From Nannocystis bainbridge (GTDB lineage Bacteria; Myxococcota_A; Polyangia; Nannocystales; Nannocystaceae): 64,000 nt of DNA. Each line of letters starts with the position of its first letter. Positions within the stretch are counted from its first letter, which is position 1. Of this stretch, positions 1-9,370 are shown one piece after another. The position numbers and the translations under genes are program-made. The DNA is taken from positions 3,360,001 through 3,424,000 of the forward strand of contig NZ_JAQNDL010000001.1 in the NCBI RefSeq assembly GCF_028368995.1, given 5' to 3'. The notes under the pieces were generated by a model. The model worked only from the letters and a program-made list of their open reading frames with translations, was not told where the DNA came from and made no database searches.

Positions 1-709
1 TCGGCAGCCGCTTGCCCTGCGCCTTGCAATAGCCGTCGGCGTGGAACCACGACACCCCGTTGATCGGCTGCTTCGGCCGGTCGAAGTCGGAGTAGGCCGG
101 CCCGCCCTTCGGGTCGCACTGCTTGGCCTTCACGCACGCCTTGTACTCCGCGTACGTGACCTCGTGGACGTCGAGGTAATACGTCTGCAGCCACACCCGC
201 GCCTGCGGCCGCGCCTGCTCCGGCCCGGTGTCGGTGCCGCGCACGAACCACCCGGCCGGGACGCACGCCATGCCCGGCGGCGGCGGCTCGAGGCAAGCGA
301 GCGGCGCAGGCGCCCCGGGCGGCGGCGGATCGCCGGCGCTCGCACCACCTGTCCCTGCGGACAGCCCGATGCCACCTGCCCCTGCGGACAGCCCGGTGCC
401 ACCTGTCTCTGCGGACGCCCCGTTTCCGCCTGTCCTCGCGGACATCCCGGCGCTCGCCGCTTCGCTACCACCTGTCCCTGCGGACAGCCCAGCTTCGTGG
501 CCGCCCGCAGATGACCCCGCGCTCGCGGTGCCGGCCCCTGAGGACAGCTCAGCGCCGGGCGCGACCCGCCCCGACTCGGCGCCTGCCCCCGCGGACATGT
601 CCGAAGAGCCAGACGCAGCGGGCACCGCGGCGCCGGGCGCCTGCTCCGAAGGACCTGTCCGACAGGACAGACCGATCGCCAGCGCCACGATCGCCGCGGA
701 CGGCCTCAC
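1..709 (-). CDS. Formylglycine-generating enzyme (SUMF1/FGE-sulfatase) domain lipoprotein; runs off the left edge
   Basis: Not in the ORF track because it is truncated. Manual translation from GTG at 709 (overlapping the FKBP stop) gives a signal peptide ending LSC, a Gly/Ser/Ala linker, then GMACVPAGWFVRG...YYLDVHEVTYAEYKACV...PINGVSWFHADGYCKAQGKRLP, which are typical FGE-sulfatase motifs. Confidence 0.85.
   Translation of the reverse strand, partial: MRPSAAIVALAIGLSCRTGPSEQAPGAAVPAASGSSDMSAGAGAESGRVAPGAELSSGAGTASAGSSAGGHEAGLSAGTGGSEAASAGMSARTGGNGASAETGGTGLSAGAGGIGLSAGTGGASAGDPPPPGAPAPLACLEPPPPGMACVPAGWFVRGTDTGPEQARPQARVWLQTYYLDVHEVTYAEYKACVKAKQCDPKGGPAYSDFDRPKQPINGVSWFHADGYCKAQGKRLP
345..490. 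repeat. Coding tandem repeat, about 27-bp period, built on the TGTC-N6-GACA motif
   Basis: ccacctgtccctgcggacagccc-like units with cores at 350, 377, 404, 431 and 473. Confidence 0.8.
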
Positions 710-1800
710 CCGGCCTTCTTCTCCGTCGCCGGCGCCTTCACGTCGGCCTTGCCGTCGCCGGTCGCGGTCGGCTGCGCGCCCGCGGGCGTGGCCGGCTGGG
801 CCCCGCCGGGGGCGGCCTGACCGGGCGCCGTGGCGCCGGCCGGCGGCGTCGGGGCCGGCTTGATCGACATCAGCTCGACCGTGAACGTCAGGTCCGAGTT
901 CGGCGGGATCCGTCCCTTGGCCCGCTCGCCATACGCCACATTCGCCGGGATCTCGAGCTTGCGCAGCGTCCCGACCTTCATGCCGGCGATGCCGATGTCC
1001 CAGCCCTTGATCACCCGGCCCTGGCCGAGCGGGAACACGATCGGCTTGCGGGTCAGCGACGAGTCGAACTCGGTCCCGTCCTTGAGCGTGCCGCGGTAGT
1101 GCACCCCGACCATGTCGCCGGCCTTGGCCTCGGGCCCCTCGCCGACCTTGTACTCCGTGCTCTTGACCCCGTCGGCCAGCGTCTTGGTCGACAGCGGCTT
1201 GGCCTCGAACGCCGTGAGCGGCTGCGGCGGCGGCGGCGGCGGCGTGAAGGCCAGCAGCTCGATGGTGAACACCAGCGTCGCGCCCGGTGGGATCTTCCCG
1301 GCCCGGCGGTCGCCGTAGCCCAGCGCCGCCGGCACGATCAGGCGCCGCTTGCCGCCGACCTTCATCCCGGCCACGCCCTCGTCCCAGCCCTTGATCACCC
1401 GGCCCTCGCCGAGCGGGAACGTGAACGCCCGGTTGCGCTTCTTCGAGGTGTCGAAGATGACGCCGTCGGTCAGGTAGCCGGTGTAGTGGACCTCGACCTC
1501 GCCGCCCTTGACCGCCTCGGCGCCGTCGCCGAGCACGAACTCCTCGACCGTCAGCCCGCTCTCGGTCTTGTTGCTGCTGAGCGGCTTGCCGTCGAACGGC
1601 GCGTCGTACTTGATGTCCGCGCTCGGCTCGAGCGGCAGCGGCGGTCCCTCGGGCTTCGCGGGCTCGGCCTTGACTTCGGCCTTCGCGGGCTCCGCCTTGG
1701 CCGGCTCGGCCTTGGTGGGTTCAGTCTTGGGGGCCTCGCCGGCCGTGCAGGCGACCAGGGCGGAGGCGATGAGGAGCGCGAACGGAGCGCGGACGTGCAT
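706..1800 (-). CDS. Tandem FKBP-type peptidyl-prolyl cis-trans isomerase lipoprotein
   Basis: Two FKBP domains (VHYTGYL..FDTS..LGEGRVIKGWDEG and VHYRGTL..FDSS..LGQGRVIKGWDIG) and lipobox LVAC. Start set at ATG 1800. Confidence 0.95.
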   Translation of the reverse strand: MHVRAPFALLIASALVACTAGEAPKTEPTKAEPAKAEPAKAEVKAEPAKPEGPPLPLEPSADIKYDAPFDGKPLSSNKTESGLTVEEFVLGDGAEAVKGGEVEVHYTGYLTDGVIFDTSKKRNRAFTFPLGEGRVIKGWDEGVAGMKVGGKRRLIVPAALGYGDRRAGKIPPGATLVFTIELLAFTPPPPPPQPLTAFEAKPLSTKTLADGVKSTEYKVGEGPEAKAGDMVGVHYRGTLKDGTEFDSSLTRKPIVFPLGQGRVIKGWDIGIAGMKVGTLRKLEIPANVAYGERAKGRIPPNSDLTFTVELMSIKPAPTPPAGATAPGQAAPGGAQPATPAGAQPTATGDGKADVKAPATEKKAG

Positions 1801-1853
1801 GGCGCGGCGTCTATATCCCACTTTCGCGGCCGGCGCACGCCCCGGCGGACCCG

Positions 1854-2735
1854 TCACGGCCGCGCGTCCGGCGGGACCACCAGCACGGGGATCGTCGCCC
1901 GGGCTGCCAGCTCGCTCGAGGTGCTGAGGGCGATGACCCGCTCCACCCGACTGAGCAGTCGCGAGCCGCACACCAGGAACGGCGCGCCCTGCTCGGTGGC
2001 GACCGCGAGGATCTCGCTGATCGTATCGCCGTAGCGGACCACCACCGGCTCGCTGCGCGCCTGGTCGGCCAGCCACTCGGCGGTCCGGTCCTTGGCGGCC
2101 GCCACGGTCTGGCCCTTGAACTGCGCCAGCGCGTCGGTCGACCAGTAGATCTGCGTGTACTCCTCCGGCACGCTGACCACGCGCACGAACAGCAGCGGCC
2201 GGCCCAGCGCCTTGGCCAGCCCCGCCCCGACCTCGACCGCCCCCGAGCTCGCGTCGGCCGGCGTCACCGCCACCACGATCGGCCCGCTGCCCAACGTGTC
2301 GGGCGCGAGGTCCGGCGGCACCACGAACGTCGGCACCACCAGCCGCTGCAGCAGCCGCCGCGCCACGCTTCCGAGCCGCACCAGGTCGCGCCCGTCGGTG
2401 GCCGCCTTGCGCCCGACGATCATCCCGACCGCCGACCGGGCCGCCCGCGCGGTCGCCAGCGTCTCCGCCGGCTCTTCCGCCTCGACCAGCTCGACCTCCG
2501 CGAACGCGTTGCGCACGCCCGCCCGGTCCATCGCCAGCTCCGCCTCGGTCTTGAGCCGCTCGTGCACCCGCACGCGCCCCTCGAACTGGTCGAGCTGATC
2601 CACCACCGCGGTCGGCGCGGCGTGGATCCCCACCAGCTCGATCGCCCCGCCCGTCTGCTCGCGCAACCACGCCCCGAAGCGCACCGCGCCGTCGCTGCGG
2701 TGGCGAAGATCGACCCCGACGATCCACGTGTTCAT
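1854..2735 (-). CDS. Universal stress protein (tandem USP domains)
   Basis: WIVGVD at the N-terminus, IVGR..LGSVARRLL..VPTFVVP, and a second USP domain ending IPVLVVP. Confidence 0.85.
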   Translation of the reverse strand: MNTWIVGVDLRHRSDGAVRFGAWLREQTGGAIELVGIHAAPTAVVDQLDQFEGRVRVHERLKTEAELAMDRAGVRNAFAEVELVEAEEPAETLATARAARSAVGMIVGRKAATDGRDLVRLGSVARRLLQRLVVPTFVVPPDLAPDTLGSGPIVVAVTPADASSGAVEVGAGLAKALGRPLLFVRVVSVPEEYTQIYWSTDALAQFKGQTVAAAKDRTAEWLADQARSEPVVVRYGDTISEILAVATEQGAPFLVCGSRLLSRVERVIALSTSSELAARATIPVLVVPPDARP

Positions 2736-3104
2736 GCCGCAACGATGACCGCGCTTTCGGCCCCGGCAACGCCCGCCCGGCCCGCCGATCTCATCCACCC
2801 CGGGCCCGGCCTGGCCGCCCGCCCGCGCCCCGTCCTTGCGCGCCGGCGCCACCCGGGCGGCCCCAGGCCCCCGTCGCCCGCTTCGCGCCGATCCCGCTCC
2901 GCGAGGTCTTCGGCCCCCGCCCGCTCGCCGGCACGAAGAAACATGTCTCTCGAGACATGTCCTTCATGCACGCCTGTCTCTCGGGACATGTCACACCGCC
3001 CGCCGAGATCCTGTCCTTCGGGACACGTCAACTTCGGTACCTCACGAAAGCTGCCGGGCGCGAGCTCGGCAGCCTACGAAGCGACTGGCCGGTGAGAATC
3101 GCGG

Positions 3105-3584
3105 TCACGCCCCCGCCTTATTAAACCACAGCGCATTGACGATCAGCCACCGCTCGCCGAAGCGCCCCATATGAAAATAGTCGACGAACCATGGGGTCTC
3201 GACGCGCACCACCGCCGCGTTGCCGGTCACGTCGAGCACCAGCACCGAGCGCTTCCACTGCTCGCGCGGCGTCTTCAGGGCGCCCTGTCGCGTCAGCTCG
3301 ATCAGCTCGTCCGCGCTCATGCGGCGCAGCGGGAACACCTCGCGCGCGTTCGGCCCGGCGCCCACCACCGCCCGCTTGGCCAGGTCCGGGTGCAGCGCCC
3401 GGGCCACCCGCGCGGCGTCGCCCTCCAGCTGGCCGTCGAGGTAGTCGAACGCGACCGCCTCGATCGCCGCCCGGGTCTTCGCCTCGATCGGGTTCAGCTG
3501 CACCGGCGTCGGCGGCGGAGCTGCGGCCTGGGGCGCGGCGGCGGAGGCGAGGAGCAAGGCGAGGGCGAGCGCGGGCATGGGCAT
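3105..3584 (-). CDS. NTF2-like / putative lumazine-binding family secreted protein
   Basis: Signal peptide; AIEAVAFDYLDG..GDA..ALHPDL..DVTGNAAVVRV..VDYFH..WLIVNALW. Confidence 0.75.
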   Translation of the reverse strand: MPMPALALALLLASAAAPQAAAPPPTPVQLNPIEAKTRAAIEAVAFDYLDGQLEGDAARVARALHPDLAKRAVVGAGPNAREVFPLRRMSADELIELTRQGALKTPREQWKRSVLVLDVTGNAAVVRVETPWFVDYFHMGRFGERWLIVNALWFNKAGA

Positions 3585-4151
3585 ATCGGGACGGTGAGAC
3601 CCCGGCCCGGGCCCGATCGGTTCCGCAAAAAAATGTCCGAAGCGTCATGTCGCGGACAGCGCGAGCGCTCCTGGCGCTGGCGACCGCCGGCCGGCCGACG
3701 CCCCATGCCCCGCTGTTGAAAACTTCCCCGCGTTCTCCCGCGACGATTCGCCCCGCGCTGGTGACCGCCCCGACTCTGGCGCGTGCACGTTTGGCAGACG
3801 ACCCAATCGGGTCGCGCCGAAATGGCATGACGCTCGAAGCTCGCGCCATTCGCAATCGACCTCTCCCGCCTCGCCTACCCGCGCGAGGGCCGACGCGATC
3901 GGAACGCCTGCGGACCCGCGCCCCTGTGCCCACGTCGTCGCAAGCCCCCACGTCCGGCGGGACCGGCCAATTCGCGGCGCTTCGGGGGCTTGCCCGACCG
4001 CCTCGAGTTTTTTTGCGACGGCGCAATTGATCGCCGGGCGAAGGGCACTCACCGGGCAAGGGCGCCGATAAGGCACCCGGTCCAATCCACCCACGTCATG
4101 CCACGGCCGCGGGCCGTGCGTCACCTCGATACATCGAGTCAAGGAGTCATC

Positions 4152-4406
4152 ATGCGCTTCATTCGTTCATTCTCTCTCGCCGCTGTCGCCCTCTCGTTCG
4201 GTGCCATCGCTCTCGGCGGCTCGAGCACCGCCAACGCCGCCATCTGCTGCAGCGCCAAGCCGTGCCAGGCCGAGAATCCGCCGGCGTACTGCAACAATTG
4301 CACCCCCACCTGCGTCGACGACGAGGCCGAGGCCGACGCCCCGGTCGCCGGCGACATCGTCTACGACGAGGTCGAGTCGCTCTGCTACGTCGCCGGCACC
4401 CTGTGA
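4152..4406 (+). CDS. Small secreted Cys-rich protein (84 aa)
   Basis: AAGGAG RBS, signal peptide ending ANA, mature part CC..C..C..C..C..C. Confidence 0.7.
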   Translation: MRFIRSFSLAAVALSFGAIALGGSSTANAAICCSAKPCQAENPPAYCNNCTPTCVDDEAEADAPVAGDIVYDEVESLCYVAGTL

Positions 4407-4557
4407 CGAGCTCCTGCCCGGCTCATGCCATGGGCGCGCGACCCGGTCGCGCGCCCATGGCGTGAGCCGGCGTGATGCGGCGCCTCGCGGGGCCGAGCGT
4501 CGGCGTCCTCCCCTGGTATCGGGGCGCGCGGGCGCCCGCCCTTGCGAGGTATCCATA

Positions 4558-4604
4558 AAATTGACGCCTGTCAATTTGACACCCATCAAATCGGCAAGTA
4601 TCGT
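4558..4604 (+). promoter_or_regulatory. Sigma70-type promoter with overlapping palindromic operator
   Basis: TTGACA (4576-4581), 17 bp, TATCGT (4599-4604), lying 6 nt before ATG 4611. Inverted repeat AAATTGAC-N4-GTCAATTT at 4558-4577. Confidence 0.7.
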
Positions 4605-4610
4605 CGCCGC

Positions 4611-5204
4611 ATGTCCGCCGCCGACCCGGAGCTCAAGCCGACGCTCGTCCAGCTGTTCAAGGGCCTCGCCGATCCGACCCGCCTGCGGATGATCGCGGCC
4701 ATGGTCGACCGCCCGCGGTGCGGCCAGGACCTCGCGGCCGAGGTCGGTGTCACGCCTGCGACCGTCTCGCATCACCTGCGCGTGCTGACCGAGGCCGGCC
4801 TGCTGCGCGAGACCCGGCAGCCGCCCTACACCTTCTTTCAGCTCGACCTCGAGGTGCTGCAGGGCGCGGTCAAGGCGGTCTCGACGCCCAAGCGGGTGCG
4901 CGAGCTCGGCGGCGGGCCGCGCGACGCCGACACACGCGACGTGCTGCGAGCGTTCTTCGACGGCCCGCGCCTGCTCGCGCTGCCGGCCCAGCGCCGCAAG
5001 AAGGAGATCGTGCTCGAGGAGCTGCTGCGTCGCCTGCCGCGCCGCCGCGAGTACCGCGAGCCCGACCTCAACCGCTTCATCGAGGTCGTCCACCCCGACT
5101 ACTGCACGATCCGCCGCGAGTGGATCACCGGCGGATACATGGAGCGCGAGGCCGGCGTCTACAAGCTCGCGGCCCGCGGGCGCACCGTGCTCGGCGTCGC
5201 CTGA
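4611..5204 (+). CDS. ArsR/SmtB family regulator with C-terminal DUF2087-like domain
   Basis: FKGLADPTRLRMI..TVSHHLRVLTEAGL HTH; C-terminal LPAQRRKK..YREPDLN..HPDYCTIRRE. Confidence 0.9.
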   Translation: MSAADPELKPTLVQLFKGLADPTRLRMIAAMVDRPRCGQDLAAEVGVTPATVSHHLRVLTEAGLLRETRQPPYTFFQLDLEVLQGAVKAVSTPKRVRELGGGPRDADTRDVLRAFFDGPRLLALPAQRRKKEIVLEELLRRLPRRREYREPDLNRFIEVVHPDYCTIRREWITGGYMEREAGVYKLAARGRTVLGVA

Positions 5205-5453
5205 ACCACCGCGCTCCTATCATAGGAGTAAGGCGCGATCATTCACGTCACGGCGCACCGGCCAATTTCGAATTCGCCGCCAAACAGCGCCTGCGCCGCA
5301 GTTTGACGCGCGATTCCGCTCGGAATCGCAGAGCGCGGCGACACCGCACGACGTCGCGTGGGAGCTGCCGCCCCCGATCGAAGCACCTCTTCGCGCCCGT
5401 ACTCGCCACAATCGCCGCACCGCGCCGTCGGCGGCGACGCTCGCGCGCCGCGC

Positions 5454-6296
5454 ATGCTGTATGTTCGTCGCCCCGTGCGCACCCGACATCACGGCGACAC
5501 CGACGTCGGCCGGCGTCGCAGCCAGAACGAGGACGCGTTCGTCGCCAGCGACGAGCTCGGCCTGTTCGTGGTGTGCGACGGCGTCGGCGGCCGCGCGTGC
5601 GGCGAGGTCGCGTCGCAGACCACGGTCCACCTGATCCACGAGTGGGTCGAACGCGAGGCCGAGCTGATCCAGCAGGCCCACGAGGAGGCCCGGCTGGCGC
5701 AGCGGCGCGTCGTGCACGGCCCGCCGGTCGTCGAGCCGCAGCTCCGCGTCGGCCCCGACACCGTCGCGCGGCTCGTCGGGCTGGTCCGCAACGCGCTGCA
5801 GAACGCCTGCTACCTGGTCCACGGCATGGCCGAGGTCGACGCCCGCTACACCGGCATGAGCACCACAGCCTCGGTCGTGCTGGTCGCCGGCGAGCTGGCG
5901 ATCGTCGGCCAGGTCGGCGATTCGCGGGTCTACATGGCCCGCGGCGACGAAGTCCGCCAGCTCACCGAGGACCACACGCTGCTCAACATGCAGGTCAAGC
6001 AGGGCCTGGCCAGCGCCGACAAGGCCCGCGGGCGCAAGAGCCAGATCACCCGCGCGATCGGCCTGCGCGAGTTCGTCGAGGTCGACATCACCGCCTTCCC
6101 GCTGCAGACCGGCGACCGCCTGCTGCTGTGCTCCGACGGCCTCCACGAGTACCTCGACCAGGCCGCCGAGACCCTGATCGACCTGTTCCGCCTGCATCCG
6201 CGCGTCGCTGCCCCGGCCGCGATCCGCTACGCCAACCTGTGCGGCGGCAAGGACAACATCACCGCCCTGTTCGTCGAGATCGAGGCCGGTCGCTGA
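5454..6296 (+). CDS. PP2C-family Ser/Thr protein phosphatase
   Basis: TDVGRRRSQNED, VCDGVGG, VGDSRVY, LLLCSDGL, GGKDNIT. Start uncertain (5454 or 5475). Confidence 0.93.
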   Translation: MLYVRRPVRTRHHGDTDVGRRRSQNEDAFVASDELGLFVVCDGVGGRACGEVASQTTVHLIHEWVEREAELIQQAHEEARLAQRRVVHGPPVVEPQLRVGPDTVARLVGLVRNALQNACYLVHGMAEVDARYTGMSTTASVVLVAGELAIVGQVGDSRVYMARGDEVRQLTEDHTLLNMQVKQGLASADKARGRKSQITRAIGLREFVEVDITAFPLQTGDRLLLCSDGLHEYLDQAAETLIDLFRLHPRVAAPAAIRYANLCGGKDNITALFVEIEAGR

Positions 6297-6333
6297 ACGG
6301 ACATGTCCTCCGGGACATGTTCGAAAGATCCCG

Positions 6334-7071
6334 TCAGCGCGGCCGCGCCAGCAGCTCGAGCAGGGTGCTCCAGTGGCGCGCGTTGCCGGCCGCGTCGTAC
6401 ACCGGGATGTCGGCGAACACCCAGCCGTGCCGCGCCGGGTAGGTCTCGAGCGTGAAGGTCACGCCCGCGGCGGTCAGCGCGTCGCGCAGCCGCTGCTGCT
6501 GCTCTTCGGGCAGGCTGGTGTCGTCGGTCGCGGCGGCGACGTAGACCTCGGCGGAGATCTGGGCGGCGAGCAGGTGCGGGCTGTCGGCGCTGCCGTCGGC
6601 CAGGTTGCCGGGGTGATACGCCGCGACCGCGGCGAAGCGGTCCGGGTAGTGACCGGCGGCGGTCAGGGCCATGCGCCCGCCCATGCAGTAACCGACCGCG
6701 CCGACCGGCCCCGGGCGCACCTCGGGCTGGGCAGCGATGTAGTCGAGGAAGGCCCGGGTGTCGCGCATGACGGCGGCGCTGTTGGTGGTGGCCGAGTGGC
6801 GGGCGAACCACGCCTGGCGAACGCCGGGCTCGGCGAAGAAGGCCTGGCCGTCGACCGGCTCGTAGGTCCCGGAGCGCCAGAACAGATCCGGCAAGAGGGT
6901 GAAGTAGCCGGCGTCGGCGAGGCGCTGGCAGTGCTCGACGAGCGTCGGCCGGATGCCGAGGCCGTCCATGAACACGAGCACCGCCGGCCACGGCCCGGGC
7001 ACCTCCGGCGTGTACACGTGCGCGGGACAGACACCGTCCTGGGTCGGGAGCTGGATCTGCGTATGGGTCAC
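6334..7071 (-). CDS. Dienelactone hydrolase family protein
   Basis: GYCMGG nucleophile motif, LADAGY..LPDLF, YPARHGW. Confidence 0.92.
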   Translation of the reverse strand: MTHTQIQLPTQDGVCPAHVYTPEVPGPWPAVLVFMDGLGIRPTLVEHCQRLADAGYFTLLPDLFWRSGTYEPVDGQAFFAEPGVRQAWFARHSATTNSAAVMRDTRAFLDYIAAQPEVRPGPVGAVGYCMGGRMALTAAGHYPDRFAAVAAYHPGNLADGSADSPHLLAAQISAEVYVAAATDDTSLPEEQQQRLRDALTAAGVTFTLETYPARHGWVFADIPVYDAAGNARHWSTLLELLARPR

Positions 7072-7315
7072 GCACGCACGCTAGCCGAAAGCGCGGCCGC
7101 GCGACAAGCCGGGCGTGCCCGCCGCCCATGAGGGCCCGCGAGCGTGGTCGCCGGCGAGCTCGAGCTTGCGAGAGGCCGCGGCCCTGGTCTCGACATGTCT
7201 CTCACGACATGTCTTTATAGACATAAAAAATGCGCTCGGCTTGCGCGCGCGTCATGCTCGCGGCTCGCCTTCGCGCCCGTGGCGGCCGCCGTCGGCGTGG
7301 TACCGTGGCGCCGCC

Positions 7316-7864
7316 ATGTCCGAAGCGATACCGCCCGAGCTGCGCGCCAGAGTGGAGGCGTTCGTCGTCAAGAAGCCGGCCGCGCGCGAGCTCATCGACA
7401 AGCTGTACGCCAAGCACGCTGCCGCGCCGACGGCCGACGAGCGGCGGTCCATCGAGGGCCTGCTGCGCAGCCTCGTCACCCCGAGCCGCCTCGGCCTGTG
7501 GATCTGGGGCGCCATCCTCCTGTTCGTCGCCTTCGTGCTCGGCAGCATCTACTTCTCCGAGCGCCAGCAGCAGGCCGCGCTCGAGCGCAGCGTCCCGGCC
7601 GTCGCCCTGGTCAAGCGCATGGAGGACGGCGACTGCCTGATCGGCACCGAGCGCAGCCGCTGCCTCCGGTTCGAGCTCGAGGTCCACCGCGAGGGCGCCG
7701 CGCCCTACACCGGCTCGCTCACCCACGATCTCGGCCTCGAGTGGATGTCGCGCGTGCAGCCGGGCTCGTGGCTGACCATCGGCGTCAACCCCGACGACCC
7801 CAACGATCTGGTGTTCGACGAGCGGGCGCTGGCCGTCGCCCCGCCCCAGCCGCCGGCGCAGTGA
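7316..7864 (+). CDS. Hypothetical membrane protein
   Basis: One TM helix followed by a beta-rich domain ending VQPGSWLTIGVNPDDP; host-like codon usage. Confidence 0.65.
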   Translation: MSEAIPPELRARVEAFVVKKPAARELIDKLYAKHAAAPTADERRSIEGLLRSLVTPSRLGLWIWGAILLFVAFVLGSIYFSERQQQAALERSVPAVALVKRMEDGDCLIGTERSRCLRFELEVHREGAAPYTGSLTHDLGLEWMSRVQPGSWLTIGVNPDDPNDLVFDERALAVAPPQPPAQ

Positions 7865-7918
7865 CATGTCTCTCGGGACATGCCCTTTCAGACATACCCC
7901 GAGAGCCATCCACGCCGA

Positions 7919-9322
7919 TCACCCGCCGCCCGGCTCGATCGACAGCCCGAGGTAGATCACCGACGGGTCGCCCGGCAGGAACGTGATCACCGTGTCGTGC
8001 CACATGTTGTGCGTCAGCGTGATCGCGTCCTCGGCGTGGTCGTAGCGGTAGAGGTCGGTCCCATAGCCCTGGAAGTTGGAGCCGAACACGAAGTAGAGCA
8101 CGTCGGGGTCGGTCGGGTGGGCGAACAGGTGGTTGCCGTTGTAGAGCGTGGCCTCGTCGGCGTCGATCACCGCGGTGAACGTCTTGCCGCCGTCCTCCGA
8201 GCGATACACGTGGCGATGGGTCTGGGCATCGGGGTCCTCGAGGTCGAGGCCCTCGACCCACACGATGTCGCCCTGGGCCGGCGACACCACCAGGTTGAAG
8301 CCGTTGGCCGCGCCGGGGCTGAGCCCGGTCGCGCTCTGCCAGCCCTCGCCGCCGTCGTGCGAGACCAGCACGCCCTCGGCGAGCGCGCCGAACAGCACGT
8401 GGTCGAGGTCGTTGGGGTCGAACGCGGCGCGGTACGCCAGCGAGCCGGCGAACGCCGGGATCCCCTGCGGCGCCCAGGTCATGCCGGCGTCGACCGAGTC
8501 CCACACGCGCCCGGCCGAGTCGCCGATCCGCACATGATCGGGGTCGCTCGGATCGACGCCGAGGCCGACGATCCCCTCCTGCCCCGCGGGGGAGCTCAGC
8601 TTTTGGATCACCTCGTCGTCGACCCGCACGATCGCGTCGTTGTTGTCGCCGTACGCATAGGCCCGGGTCTCGCCAGCCGCGTGCAGCCGCACCGCCGGCG
8701 CGTTCGGGTTGCCGGCCGCGCCGATCGAATGCCACGAGCAGCCGGCGTCGCTCGACGCCAGGATCTGCTGGCCCGAGCCGGCCAGCATCGCCCCCGGCTT
8801 GCCGAGCGCGACCAGCCCGAAGGTGTAGGTCACCGGCTTGATCTGCTGATCCATCGGCGCCAGGGTGGCGCCCTGGTCGGAGCTGAAGGTCACCGCGCCG
8901 GTCCCGGTCACCGAATCACAATTCGGCGGCTGCCAGCCCTCGCCCGGCCCGGTCGTCGAATCGCCGGTGTCGCTGGTGCTGGTATTGCTGGTGCTGGTAT
9001 CGCTGGTGCTGGTGCTGTCTTCGGTCGTCGCGGTCGTGTCGACCGCCGTGCTCACCGTCGTCGGCTCCACCGAGGTCTCCGTGCCGGTCGGCTCGACCGA
9101 GGTCGTCGTCGTGCTGGTCGGCGCCTCGGTCGTCGCTTCGGTGGTCGCGGTGGTCGGCTCCTGCGATGTCTCGCTGGCCCCCATGGTCGTGGTGGTGGTC
9201 GGATCGGTGTCGCTGCCGGACTGGCCGACCGGAAGGTCGGAGGTGCACGCCGCGAGCAAGCACGCGGGGCCGGTCAGCAGCAGGAGTCGCAGGGAGTTCA
9301 AAGTTACGGGCGAGTAAGTCAT
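7919..9322 (-). CDS. Lipoprotein with Thr-rich linker and a beta-propeller resembling dispase autolysis-inducing protein (DAIP)
   Basis: Lipobox LAAC; BNR-like SxDxGxxW repeats. WQPPNCDSVTGTGAVTFSSDQGATLAP and GYGTDLYRYD resemble Streptomyces mobaraensis DAIP as I recall it. Confidence 0.75.
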   Translation of the reverse strand: MTYSPVTLNSLRLLLLTGPACLLAACTSDLPVGQSGSDTDPTTTTTMGASETSQEPTTATTEATTEAPTSTTTTSVEPTGTETSVEPTTVSTAVDTTATTEDSTSTSDTSTSNTSTSDTGDSTTGPGEGWQPPNCDSVTGTGAVTFSSDQGATLAPMDQQIKPVTYTFGLVALGKPGAMLAGSGQQILASSDAGCSWHSIGAAGNPNAPAVRLHAAGETRAYAYGDNNDAIVRVDDEVIQKLSSPAGQEGIVGLGVDPSDPDHVRIGDSAGRVWDSVDAGMTWAPQGIPAFAGSLAYRAAFDPNDLDHVLFGALAEGVLVSHDGGEGWQSATGLSPGAANGFNLVVSPAQGDIVWVEGLDLEDPDAQTHRHVYRSEDGGKTFTAVIDADEATLYNGNHLFAHPTDPDVLYFVFGSNFQGYGTDLYRYDHAEDAITLTHNMWHDTVITFLPGDPSVIYLGLSIEPGGG

Positions 9323-9370
9323 GACGGGGTCTCTCGTTGCGAGTGTGTTTCCCGCCCGCGCCGGCTGCCA

